Shown here one piece after another: positions 1 through 8,868 of a DNA stretch of 64,000 nt. The notes below the pieces were generated by a model. The model worked only from the letters and a program-made list of their open reading frames with translations, was not told the origin of the DNA and did not search any database. Origin of the DNA: Novosphingobium sp. (GTDB lineage: Bacteria; Pseudomonadota; Alphaproteobacteria; Sphingomonadales; Sphingomonadaceae); contig NZ_JADZAT010000001.1 in NCBI RefSeq assembly GCF_020852455.1, positions 78,476 through 142,475 of the forward strand, in the 5' to 3' direction. Every line of letters starts with the position of its first letter. The stretch's first letter is position 1. Made by a program: the position numbers and the translations under genes.

Positions 1-449
1 CGGGTCAGCAGCTCGGCTTCGATCCCCTGTACGGCCATGGCATCGCCCTTTTCAGCGAGGCGGATCATGTCCGCGTCGGAATGGCCCAGGGTCAGCGCGC
101 CGCGCGGGCTGAACATCACGTTGTAGTTGAGATCGTCGGACAGGCCTTCCCACAGCTTGAGGCTGAATTCGTAGAACCGCCCCAGCGGCTCAAGCCGATA
201 GTTGGAACGCACGATCGTGGTGTTGCGGCCAACATTGCCGCTGCCGATGTAGCCCTTTTCCAGCACCGCGACATTGGTGATCCCGTGCACTTTGGCGAGG
301 TAATAGGCGGTGGCCAGGCCATGCCCGCCACCACCGATGATCACCACGTCATAGCTGGGCTTGGGATCGGGATGGCGCCAGGCGGGCTGCCAGTGGCTCT
401 GCCCGTTGAAGGCACCGCGCAGGAGTTGGAGGGCCGAGTACTTGCTCAT
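1..449 (-). CDS. soxB: Sarcosine oxidase subunit beta family flavoprotein (5' part; runs off the window edge)
   Basis: Not in the ORF track. Hand translation from ATG 449 gives MSKYSALQLLRGAFNGQSHWQPAWRHPDPKPSYDVVIIGGGGHGLATAYYLAKVHGITNVAVLEKGYIGSGNVGRNTTIVRSNY, the typical SoxB N-terminus. TGATG overlap with the upstream gene. Confidence 0.9.
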   Translation of the reverse strand, partial: MSKYSALQLLRGAFNGQSHWQPAWRHPDPKPSYDVVIIGGGGHGLATAYYLAKVHGITNVAVLEKGYIGSGNVGRNTTIVRSNYRLEPLGRFYEFSLKLWEGLSDDLNYNVMFSPRGALTLGHSDADMIRLAEKGDAMAVQGIEAELLT

Positions 450-1573
450 CAGAGTGGCAACCACCCCTTCTGGGTCTTCCAGCCTTCACCAATCCCGTCG
501 AACCGGCTGAGGGCCAGCTTGTCGATATCGGTAAAGCTGCAGCGGCCTTCCAGTACCAGGTCGCTCACCGCATGGCCGCTGGCGGGGGAAAGGCCGAAAC
601 CGACGCCGGACATGGTGCAGAAGGTCACATTGTCCTTGCGGTCGATGACCGGGCGGCCATCGGGGGTCATTTCGATCACTCCGGCCCAGGAGCGAATGAC
701 GTTGAGGTGCGCGGCGTTGGGGAACAGTTCGGCCAGCCGCCGGGCAAGGTTGCGGGTGAGGGGGGTAGAGGGCTTCACTTCTGGCCCCAGGTCGCCGAAT
801 TCCACCCATTCGTGCGGGCCGCCGCCATAGGCCAGATTGCCGCGCAGGGTTTGGCGGCCATAGAGCCCGTTGCCATCAACGCCGCCTAGCTTCATCATCG
901 GTGCGGGTTCGGTGACGATCATCTCAGCGCGCGCGGCGGCCAGCGGCAGATCGATCCCCAACTGGGCGAGCAGCGTGCCGGTCTGCGGTCCGGCGGCGAT
1001 CGCCACGGCATCGCATTCATAGGTGGCGGTGGTGCTTTCCACCGCAGTCACCTTGCCGCCTTCGCGGCGGAAGCCAGTGACCGGCGAATGCTGGACAATT
1101 CTGCCGCCCAGGTCCTGGATCGCCCAGGCATAGGCCTGCACCGTGCGGTGCGGATTGGCATGCCCACCGAAACGGTAATGGATCCCGCCCAGGCAATTGT
1201 CGCCGGCCAGCGGCACCGCCTCGCGAACCTGCTGGGCATCGAGCAGGTCAACCCGGTGGCCCAGCCGGTTGTTCATCTGCGCGATGTAGGTGTACTGCTC
1301 AAGCTGGCGCGGGGTTACCGCCATGACGATGCGTTCGGGGCTGAATTCGGTGGGGTAGCCCAGCAGCTCGTCCATCTGCGGCCACAGGCGCTGCTCTTCC
1401 TTGAACAGCGGGCTCTGGTAGTGCGAACAGCCCCCGCCATTGCGGCCCGAGGCTTCCCAGCCGACCACACCCTTGTCGAGCACGGTGACCTCGACCCCAC
1501 TGCGCGCGAGCCACCAGGCGGTGGACAGGCCCGAGGCACCGGCCCCGACCACGACGACTTTTTGCGCGCTCAC
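449..1573 (-). CDS. FAD-dependent oxidoreductase, DAO family (HcnC/OoxB-like)
   Basis: VVVVGAGASG FAD motif, EASGRNGGG, C-terminal WAGVIEMTPDGRP and GFGLSPASG. Confidence 0.85.
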   Translation of the reverse strand: MSAQKVVVVGAGASGLSTAWWLARSGVEVTVLDKGVVGWEASGRNGGGCSHYQSPLFKEEQRLWPQMDELLGYPTEFSPERIVMAVTPRQLEQYTYIAQMNNRLGHRVDLLDAQQVREAVPLAGDNCLGGIHYRFGGHANPHRTVQAYAWAIQDLGGRIVQHSPVTGFRREGGKVTAVESTTATYECDAVAIAAGPQTGTLLAQLGIDLPLAAARAEMIVTEPAPMMKLGGVDGNGLYGRQTLRGNLAYGGGPHEWVEFGDLGPEVKPSTPLTRNLARRLAELFPNAAHLNVIRSWAGVIEMTPDGRPVIDRKDNVTFCTMSGVGFGLSPASGHAVSDLVLEGRCSFTDIDKLALSRFDGIGEGWKTQKGWLPL

Positions 1574-3018
1574 AGGCTCATGTTCCCGCCCAGCACGCGC
1601 CGGTTTTCTTCTTCATAGGGGGTTCCGATATCGGCATAGGGCACCCACTGCGTGGGGATGCCCATCCAGACGTCCCAGCCGGCCCGCATCTCCTCGCTTT
1701 CCTCCCAGTCGGCGATCACCTTGAGCGGCAGCGGGCGAACCGGCGCGCGGTGGGTGGCTAGCGGCACTTCGGCAAGCTTGCACTTGGCTTCGGCGGCCAG
1801 GATCATCGCCACCTGATCGCGGCAGCGGCGGCCCTGGCACTGGCCCATGCCCGAACGGGTCAGTCGCTTGACCTGGTCCTGATTGGGCGGACCATCGGCC
1901 AGCAGGGTGGAGAGCGAGCGCCTTTGCAAGGCTGGCGGACGATCGAGATAGCGTGGCGGCTGCACCCCGGTCAGGTCGGCCAGGGTCATCTCCTCGCACT
2001 GGCAGATCACCGTGTCACCGCCGCAGGCTCCGCCCAGTGCTTCCATCCAGGCTTGGCGATAGGCGACATGGTCGAAGCCGGTGTCGGGCAGACCAGCGCA
2101 GTTGCCGACTGCGGTGATGTTGCTGTCCGCGACCGGAACCCAGCCGCCACGGTTGGGTGCAAATTGCCGCGCCGCATTGGCGGCATCGTGCAGCTCGAGC
2201 ATCGGCACCAGTCCGATCGCCATGACAACGCTGTCACAGGCGAGGGTGGTGCCATCCGACAGCACCAGCGCTTCAACCCCACCGAGACCGCCCTTGGCCT
2301 CGACCGGCCAGGTGCGGCAGCGGATCGGAATGCCGGCGGCGGTAACCGCCGCGGCATCGGCCTGAGGGGCATCGCGGACCTCAAGGATCGCGGCGACCTC
2401 GATCCCCTTGGTTTGCGCGGACAAGGCTGTTTCAAGACCCAACTCGTGCGAACCCACCACAACGATCCGGCGTCCGGCGAAGGCATCGTACAACGACAGC
2501 AATTTGCCTAGCGCCGCAGCGCCCATCACCCCGGGCTGGTTCCAACCGGGGAAGGCCATCGGCAGATCGCGCGCACCGGTTGCCAGCACCAGCTGGTCGA
2601 ACCCGACCAGCCAGGACTTCTCGGCATCGGCCAGTCCCACGACCTGGCTGGGCAGGCTGCCCACCAGTGGCCCGTTGCGATAGACCCCCCAGGCGCAGGT
2701 GCCGAGCTGGACTTCCACTCCGGCATCGAACAGCGGCTCAAGATGGTCCATGTTGGCGAAGACGGTTTCGAGCATCCGCTCGCTGTTCTGCATCGCAGCC
2801 GTTGCTCGTCCGCCAAAGAACCACGGCACGTCATTGCCCACCTGGTGGCCGGGTACCGGGTTCTCATCGACGAGTAACACCTTGAGGCCTGTCTGGGCAC
2901 CTTTGAGTGCCGCTTGTGTGCCACTGGTGCCACCGCCGATGACCACCAGATCATAGTGCTGCCCGGGCACCGGGAACTTGCCATCAATGGCGTGGGGATC
3001 GGTCCCGCGCGCGCTCAT
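1570..3018 (-). CDS. NAD(P)/FAD-dependent oxidoreductase with C-terminal BFD-like [2Fe-2S] domain (HcnB/OoxA-like)
   Basis: VVIGGGTSG, LVLATGARD, FPGWNQPGVMG, plus CQCEE...KRLTRSGMGQCQGRRC and RAPVRPL. Confidence 0.85.
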   Translation of the reverse strand: MSARGTDPHAIDGKFPVPGQHYDLVVIGGGTSGTQAALKGAQTGLKVLLVDENPVPGHQVGNDVPWFFGGRATAAMQNSERMLETVFANMDHLEPLFDAGVEVQLGTCAWGVYRNGPLVGSLPSQVVGLADAEKSWLVGFDQLVLATGARDLPMAFPGWNQPGVMGAAALGKLLSLYDAFAGRRIVVVGSHELGLETALSAQTKGIEVAAILEVRDAPQADAAAVTAAGIPIRCRTWPVEAKGGLGGVEALVLSDGTTLACDSVVMAIGLVPMLELHDAANAARQFAPNRGGWVPVADSNITAVGNCAGLPDTGFDHVAYRQAWMEALGGACGGDTVICQCEEMTLADLTGVQPPRYLDRPPALQRRSLSTLLADGPPNQDQVKRLTRSGMGQCQGRRCRDQVAMILAAEAKCKLAEVPLATHRAPVRPLPLKVIADWEESEEMRAGWDVWMGIPTQWVPYADIGTPYEEENRRVLGGNMSL

Positions 3019-4274
3019 ACTGCCTCCAGTGCCTGCGCCAGATCGGCGATTATATCGTCCCGGTGTTCAAGCCCGACTGACAGCCGGATTGTCCCGTCGG
3101 TGATCCCCCCGGCCAGCCGCTGCTCGCGCGCCACGGCATAGTGGGTGGTGCTGGCGGAGTGACAGATCAGGGTGTTGGAGCCGCCCAGATTGACCGCCAT
3201 TTTCAATAGCTTGAGGCTATCGAGCAGGCGAAATGCCTCGGCCTCGCCGCCGTGCAGGTGGAATGAAAAGGTCGATCCGGCGCCCTTGCACTGCCGCTCG
3301 AACACGGCGCGCGCCGCAGTGCTTTCGGGTGTGAACCCCAGGTAGGTTACCCCGGCCACCTTGGGATGGGCGCGCAGCCATTCGGCCACCACCTTGGCAT
3401 TGTCCATCGCCCGCTCGGTCCGCAGGTGTACCGTCTCCAAACTGCGCAGCACCAGCCAGGCGGTGTAGGGATCGAGATGACTGCCCCAGACAAGCCGCTG
3501 TAATTTAAGCGGTTCTACCAGATCCCGGCGGCCGCTGATCGCGCCCGCCAGCATGTCCGAATGGCCCGCGCAATACTTGGTCAGCGAAGTGACCACCAGA
3601 TCCACCCCGTGCTCGATCGGGCGCTGGTGGAACGGACCCAGCAGGGTATTATCGACCATCACGATCGGCCGCCGCCCCTGTGCCGCCTCAACCCGTCCGG
3701 CAAGCTTGACCAGCAGGTCAAGGTCAACCAGTGCGGCGGTCGGATTTCCGGGGCTTTCAGCGGCAAGCATCGCCACCGGTCCCCTGGCCATCGCGCGCTC
3801 GCAGGCGGCCCACATGTTGGCTTCGTCGCAGCCGTCGGTCCAGGCTTCGGCATGGGCGCCGAAACCGGGCATGATCTCATTGAACAGGCCATCGACGCCC
3901 GAATAGAACGGTCGCCCGTGAACCACCCCTTCGCCGGGCTTCAGATAGGCCAGCGCCACTGCGGTATGCGCGGCCATTCCGCTGCAATAGGCCAGCGCCG
4001 CTTCGGCCCCGTCGATCGCCGCCAGTCGCGCCTCAAGGATGTCGAGCCCGGGATGGCCAAGCCGCGAATAAATGTGCGCACTGCCGCCGGCTTCGGGACC
4101 GTCTCCGTCAAAATAGGCGCGGTGCACATCCTTGGCGACCTGCGCCGAAGGATAGGTAAAAGTCGCGGTCATATAGACCGGCGGCTTTGCTGAACGCGAT
4201 GCCGTCTCGGGATCGTAGCCCGAGACGATTGCCAATGTTTCGGGGCGAAAACCCGGGCTTGTGTCGTCTGCCAT
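3015..4274 (-). CDS. Cys/Met metabolism PLP-dependent enzyme (methionine gamma-lyase / cystathionine gamma-synthase-like)
   Basis: YSRLGHP, ESPGNPT, VDNT, SLTKY (PLP lysine), IRLSVGLE. Start moved to ATG 4274 (MADDTSPGFRPETL). Confidence 0.88.
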   Translation of the reverse strand: MADDTSPGFRPETLAIVSGYDPETASRSAKPPVYMTATFTYPSAQVAKDVHRAYFDGDGPEAGGSAHIYSRLGHPGLDILEARLAAIDGAEAALAYCSGMAAHTAVALAYLKPGEGVVHGRPFYSGVDGLFNEIMPGFGAHAEAWTDGCDEANMWAACERAMARGPVAMLAAESPGNPTAALVDLDLLVKLAGRVEAAQGRRPIVMVDNTLLGPFHQRPIEHGVDLVVTSLTKYCAGHSDMLAGAISGRRDLVEPLKLQRLVWGSHLDPYTAWLVLRSLETVHLRTERAMDNAKVVAEWLRAHPKVAGVTYLGFTPESTAARAVFERQCKGAGSTFSFHLHGGEAEAFRLLDSLKLLKMAVNLGGSNTLICHSASTTHYAVAREQRLAGGITDGTIRLSVGLEHRDDIIADLAQALEAV

Positions 4275-4369
4275 GATGTCGCTTGTTTGCACGCCGCAAA
4301 CCGGCTGGCCAGCGGCGAAATCGCATAGCGTCATGCCGAAAAGTTGAGCTATTTGACCCGGCAGAGATT

Positions 4370-4378
4370 TGCGATAAT
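4370..4378 (+). promoter_or_regulatory. Extended -10 promoter candidate (TGcGATAAT) for the LysR gene
   Basis: TG-n-GATAAT at 4370-4378, followed by GGGAAGGGGA (SD-like) at 4391-4400. Confidence 0.4.
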
Positions 4379-4408
4379 CCGGACTGCAAAGGGAAGGGGA
4401 CGGGCACC

Positions 4409-5335
4409 ATTTCGGGCAAGAATTCGATCAATCGGCGCTGGCTGCCCTTGAACGCGCTGCGCGCTTTCGAGGCGGTGGGCAAGCATCTTAGCTTCACCGG
4501 CGGCGCGGCGGCGCTTTCGGTGTCGCAAAGCGCGATGAGCCGGCATGTCGCAGGGCTTGAGCAGTTGCTGGGCAAGCAGTTGTTCGAGCGGGATTCCGGG
4601 CGGCTTTCGCTGACTCCCGCGGGTGAGGAACTGCTAGGCGTGGTCGCCAAGTCGCTCGACCGGATCGAGATCACTCTCAACGCCATCCGCGACGATACCA
4701 TGCCGGGCCGGGCCCTGCGGCTGCACGTGCCGCCGTCGTTGCTGCAGCAAACCGTGCTGCCGATGCTGGCCGACTTTCACCGCGAATACCCTGACATCCG
4801 GATTGATGTATCGAGCTCGCACGTGACCGGATTGCCGCAGGGCGATATCGATATGGCGATAGTCTATGACCGGCCCAATGTCGACGACATGGTCACCGAC
4901 CTGTTGTGGCAAATTCGGGTTGCACCACTGTGTTCACCCGAGATTGCCCGCAATGCGGAAGGCAAGACGCTTGCCGAGTTCCTGGCCGGTGAGGAACTGC
5001 TGCACATGCGCCTGGACAACCAGCCGCGTGAATACCAGTGGGCGGCCTATCTTGCCCCACGCGGGATCAGCCTGCCGCTCAGCCGTGGGCTAACGCTGGA
5101 CACGGCTATTGCGCTGGCGCGCTATGCGATGTCATCGGGCGGGGTGGTGCTGGGCGATATCGATATGCTTGCCGATGAGATTTCCTCGGGTCAGCTGGTC
5201 ATGCCATTCGATGACACCAGCGAGGATGGCTATGGCTATTACTTCAAGTTTCACGCCGACGACCTGGCCGATGCCGACATCGCGCTGTTCCGTTCCTGGT
5301 TGATCGCCCGCTTCGCCGCAATGCGCCAAAGCTAA
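4409..5335 (+). CDS. LysR-family regulator, GcvA/AmpR-like (start uncertain; ATT at 4409 proposed)
   Basis: RRWLPLNALRAFEAVGKHLSFT...SQSAMSRHVAGLE HTH, C-terminal GQLVMPF and YYF. Divergent from the oxidase operon. Confidence 0.85.
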   Translation: MSGKNSINRRWLPLNALRAFEAVGKHLSFTGGAAALSVSQSAMSRHVAGLEQLLGKQLFERDSGRLSLTPAGEELLGVVAKSLDRIEITLNAIRDDTMPGRALRLHVPPSLLQQTVLPMLADFHREYPDIRIDVSSSHVTGLPQGDIDMAIVYDRPNVDDMVTDLLWQIRVAPLCSPEIARNAEGKTLAEFLAGEELLHMRLDNQPREYQWAAYLAPRGISLPLSRGLTLDTAIALARYAMSSGGVVLGDIDMLADEISSGQLVMPFDDTSEDGYGYYFKFHADDLADADIALFRSWLIARFAAMRQS

Positions 5336-5375
5336 ATCTTGCGCTTGAGCTGACTTGCTGCCAAGCGCCGGACTG

Positions 5376-6152
5376 ATGGAAAACCGCGTTCTCAAGCTCG
5401 ATGGCGTTCACAACTTCCGCGATTATGGCGGCTATGCCGGTGCACAGGGCGCGCGGGTGAAGACCGGGCTGCTGTGGCGCTCAGCGCAACACGGCGATGC
5501 CAGCGCGTCTGATCTGGAGACTATCCACGCGCTTGGCATAGCGACGGTGATCGACCTGCGCGGACCCAGTGAGTACGAGGCGAAGCCTTGCCTGCGCCAT
5601 CCTGAATTTTCGGCTCAGGTGTTCCGTTATCCCGAAGAGACCGCGGGGCTGGCGCTGCATACCGAAGCTGCCGACGGGGTGGTGACCGCCGCGGAGGCGC
5701 GCGCGGCGATGATGCGGCTCTACGAAGGAATTGCCTTCCGCGAAAACCTGGTGCCGATGCTGCGCTGCTATTTCGAAGTCCTGCGCCGCGCCGAAGGGCC
5801 GAGCCTGGTTCATTGTGTCGCTGGCAAGGATCGGACCGGCTTTGCCGTGGCGCTGGCCCAGCATGTCCTGGGTGTCGATCGCGACGCGATCCTGGCCGAC
5901 TACGTGCTGACCAACCGGGCCGGTAACATCGAGGCCCGGATTGCAGCCGGCGCCGAACAGATTCGCGGCAAATATGGCGCGATCGATGAGGCAACGATCC
6001 GTACCCTGATGGGAGTCGAGGAAGACTATCTGGTCACCGCGCTGGCTGCGGTCGAGGCCCGCCATGGCTCGATCGATGCCTACCTGGCCGAGGCCATCGG
6101 CCTGGACAACGCTGCGCAGGAAACGCTGCGCAGGCATTACCTGGAAGCCTAG
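5376..6152 (+). CDS. Tyrosine-protein phosphatase family protein
   Basis: NFRDYGGY, VIDLR and the catalytic CX5R motif HCVAGKDRTG. Confidence 0.88.
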   Translation: MENRVLKLDGVHNFRDYGGYAGAQGARVKTGLLWRSAQHGDASASDLETIHALGIATVIDLRGPSEYEAKPCLRHPEFSAQVFRYPEETAGLALHTEAADGVVTAAEARAAMMRLYEGIAFRENLVPMLRCYFEVLRRAEGPSLVHCVAGKDRTGFAVALAQHVLGVDRDAILADYVLTNRAGNIEARIAAGAEQIRGKYGAIDEATIRTLMGVEEDYLVTALAAVEARHGSIDAYLAEAIGLDNAAQETLRRHYLEA

Positions 6153-7018
6153 AGGAAGGCCCTCACTTCGGCCATGAACCGGTCGAACTGGTCGTGGTGC
6201 AGCCAGTGCCCGGCGTTCTCAAATTCGCTGACCCGCCAGTCCTTGAAGACCATTGCGCGCCCGTCCTTTTCGGGGTTTGAAGCCCACGAATCCGCTCCAT
6301 AAAGGAACAGGATCGGGCAGGTGATCGCGCTCCACAGCTCTTCCAGACGCTCCTCAGGAGTGTCTTCGAACGGCCAGTTGTTGAGATAGGGATCGAACTT
6401 CCAGCTCCAGGTACCGTCTTCGTTGCGACTGGCGCCATGGATCGTGAGGTGGCGGGCCTGCTCGTCGGTCAGGAAGCCGTTTTCCTCTTTCATGCGGGCA
6501 TAAGCGGCTTCGATCGATTCATAGCGGCGCGGGATCCGACCGGACGATTTGCGGCGCTCGTCGATCCATTTGCGAAAGCGGTTGGCATAGCCTTCGGCTT
6601 CCCGCCGGGCGCGAACATCGGGTGATGGGCCAAGCCCTTCGATATTGACCAACTTGCGGACCTTTTCCGGGTACAGACCGGTAAAGCGGGTGGCGATATT
6701 GCCGCCCAGCGAATGTGCCACGATCGTCACCTGATCGTGCCCCAGCGTGTGGACCAGCTGGGCAAAGTCATAGACGAAGGCGTTCATTTCATAGTTGCCA
6801 TCGGGCACCCAGGCGCTGTCGCCGTGGCCGCGCAGATCAGGAGCGATCACGTGCCAGTCCCTGGCCAGTTCCTCGGCCACCCAGTCCCAGCTGCGGCAAT
6901 GGTCGCGCCCGCCGTGCTGGAGGATCAGCGGCGGTGCCTCCGGATTACCCCAATCGACATAGTGGAGGCGCAGGCGCTGCGAGATGAAGCTGTTGGCGGT
7001 CGGTCCGTGCGGTGTCAT
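6149..7018 (-). CDS. Alpha/beta fold hydrolase
   Basis: LQHGGRDH, APDLRGHGDS, AHSLGG nucleophile elbow, AGHWLHHD. Start at ATG 7018. Confidence 0.88.
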   Translation of the reverse strand: MTPHGPTANSFISQRLRLHYVDWGNPEAPPLILQHGGRDHCRSWDWVAEELARDWHVIAPDLRGHGDSAWVPDGNYEMNAFVYDFAQLVHTLGHDQVTIVAHSLGGNIATRFTGLYPEKVRKLVNIEGLGPSPDVRARREAEGYANRFRKWIDERRKSSGRIPRRYESIEAAYARMKEENGFLTDEQARHLTIHGASRNEDGTWSWKFDPYLNNWPFEDTPEERLEELWSAITCPILFLYGADSWASNPEKDGRAMVFKDWRVSEFENAGHWLHHDQFDRFMAEVRAFL

Positions 7019-7037
7019 GCTTGGCGCTTTGCGCGCA

Positions 7038-7745
7038 TCATAAGCCGAATTCAAGGCCGATCCTGAACTGCCCCTTGGTGTCGTCGCGCGCTTTGCCGAG
7101 CGTGAAGAGGTAACCTGCGCGCAAGTTGATTGAAGGTTCGATTTCATAGCCAATGATCGGGCCAAGCGCATGGCCGCCGTGCGGCAAAAGGCGATCAAAA
7201 CTGCCGAACTCGCCAAAGCCTTGCAGCCCTAGCCGCCATTTCGGCAGGACTTGATAATCACCGCTGAACGCATAACCGAGTTCGACACTTTCACCGCTGG
7301 CCAGTTCGCGGGTGGCGATCAGGTTGAACCGCAGGTTCATGCGGCCACGGTCATGTTCGAGGATGAAGCGCGCTTCCACAGCGTCGGGCGCGTCAATCCC
7401 GATGTCATAGGTGGCATAAAGCGCTGAATCGATTGGGCCCAGTTTGCCCAGCGCGAACAGCACTTCTGCACCGACTGTTTCGACCTTGCGACTTGTTCCG
7501 GGTTGGCGTGCAAAGCTGGCCTGTCCGCCGATCCGCACCCGATCGCTCAGTCCATGGGTAATGCCGATCTGCAGCAAGTCCTCGCCCCCTGCCGGCCCGC
7601 TGTCCAGACGGTCATAAAACAAGGCGGCATCAATTGATCCGCTTTCAACTGTCGCTCCATCGGCATCGTCGCCGCGCCCGGGCGTTGCGAGGGCTGGACT
7701 GGCAGTCAGCACCAGTGAAATGGCAAGGGCAGCAAGGCGCAGCAT
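7038..7745 (-). CDS. Exported protein, probable outer-membrane beta-barrel
   Basis: Signal peptide MLRLAALAISLVLTASPALA, alternating amphipathic strands, terminal FRIGLEFGL. Confidence 0.6.
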   Translation of the reverse strand: MLRLAALAISLVLTASPALATPGRGDDADGATVESGSIDAALFYDRLDSGPAGGEDLLQIGITHGLSDRVRIGGQASFARQPGTSRKVETVGAEVLFALGKLGPIDSALYATYDIGIDAPDAVEARFILEHDRGRMNLRFNLIATRELASGESVELGYAFSGDYQVLPKWRLGLQGFGEFGSFDRLLPHGGHALGPIIGYEIEPSINLRAGYLFTLGKARDDTKGQFRIGLEFGL

Positions 7746-7878
7746 TGTCTTGCAGCGAATACCGCCTTGCCGATTGCTGGCAATCCCGAGACATCGCCAA
7801 ACAGGGGAAATTTTGCGGGTCGACTCTGGCCTTGGAGCTCGGTGCTGCCTATCTGCTGCCCGCACTACGGAGGAATTC

Positions 7879-8832
7879 ATGGCAACCCACACCACACGCA
7901 TGCTGATTATCGGTTCCGGCCCGGCGGGGCTTTCGGCGGCGATCTATGGCGCGCGCGCCGGCATGCAGCCGATCGTGGTGCAGGGCCTGCAGCCCGGTGG
8001 GCAGTTAACGATTACGACTGACGTCGAGAACTACCCTGGCTTTCGCGATGTGATCCAGGGGCCCTGGCTGATGCAGGAAATGCAGGCCCAGGCGGAACAC
8101 GTGGGCACCCGGATGCTGTGGGATACGATCACCGAGGTTGATCTGTCGGGCTCGCCCTTCCGGGCGATCGGGGACAGCGGCGATATCTATGAAGGCGATA
8201 CGCTGGTGATCGCGACAGGGGCCCAGGCCAAGTGGCTTGGCGTTCCTGGCGAGCAGGAGCTGTCGGGCAAGGGCGTTTCCGCCTGCGCGACCTGCGACGG
8301 ATTCTTCTATCGCGGCAAGAAGGTAGTGGTGATCGGCGGCGGCAACACTGCGGTCGAGGAAGCACTGTACCTTACCAACCATTCGCAGGATGTGACGCTG
8401 ATCCACCGCCGGGATTCGCTGCGGGCGGAAAAGATCCTGCAGGATCGGCTGCTGGCGCACCCCAACATCAAGGTGTTGTGGAACAAGGCGGTCGATCACT
8501 TCGTGGGGGGCGATACCGGGCTGACCGGTGTGGCGCTGAAAGATACAGTGACCGGCGAAAGCAGTGTCGCGCCGACCGACGGCGCTTTCGTCGCGATTGG
8601 CCACGCGCCGTCGACCGAACTGTTCAAGGGCAAGCTTGAAGTTGATGCCGGCGGCTATCTGGTGGTCCAGCCGGGCACGCCCAAGACCGCGATCGCCGGC
8701 GTTTTCGCTTGCGGCGACGTGATGGATCACACCTATCGCCAGGCGGTCACCGCTGCCGGGACGGGCTGCATGGCCGCGCTCGACGCAGAGCGGTTCCTGG
8801 CCGAAAAGGACTTCCAAGCCGCCAAGGGCTGA
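7879..8832 (+). CDS. trxB: Thioredoxin-disulfide reductase
   Basis: IGSGPAG, GGQLTITTDVENYPG, redox motif CATCDG, GGGNTAVEEAL. RBS GGAGG before ATG 7879. Confidence 0.97.
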   Translation: MATHTTRMLIIGSGPAGLSAAIYGARAGMQPIVVQGLQPGGQLTITTDVENYPGFRDVIQGPWLMQEMQAQAEHVGTRMLWDTITEVDLSGSPFRAIGDSGDIYEGDTLVIATGAQAKWLGVPGEQELSGKGVSACATCDGFFYRGKKVVVIGGGNTAVEEALYLTNHSQDVTLIHRRDSLRAEKILQDRLLAHPNIKVLWNKAVDHFVGGDTGLTGVALKDTVTGESSVAPTDGAFVAIGHAPSTELFKGKLEVDAGGYLVVQPGTPKTAIAGVFACGDVMDHTYRQAVTAAGTGCMAALDAERFLAEKDFQAAKG

Positions 8833-8868
8833 CCTAGCATCTGGCCTGACCCCGGGGGAGGACAGGCG

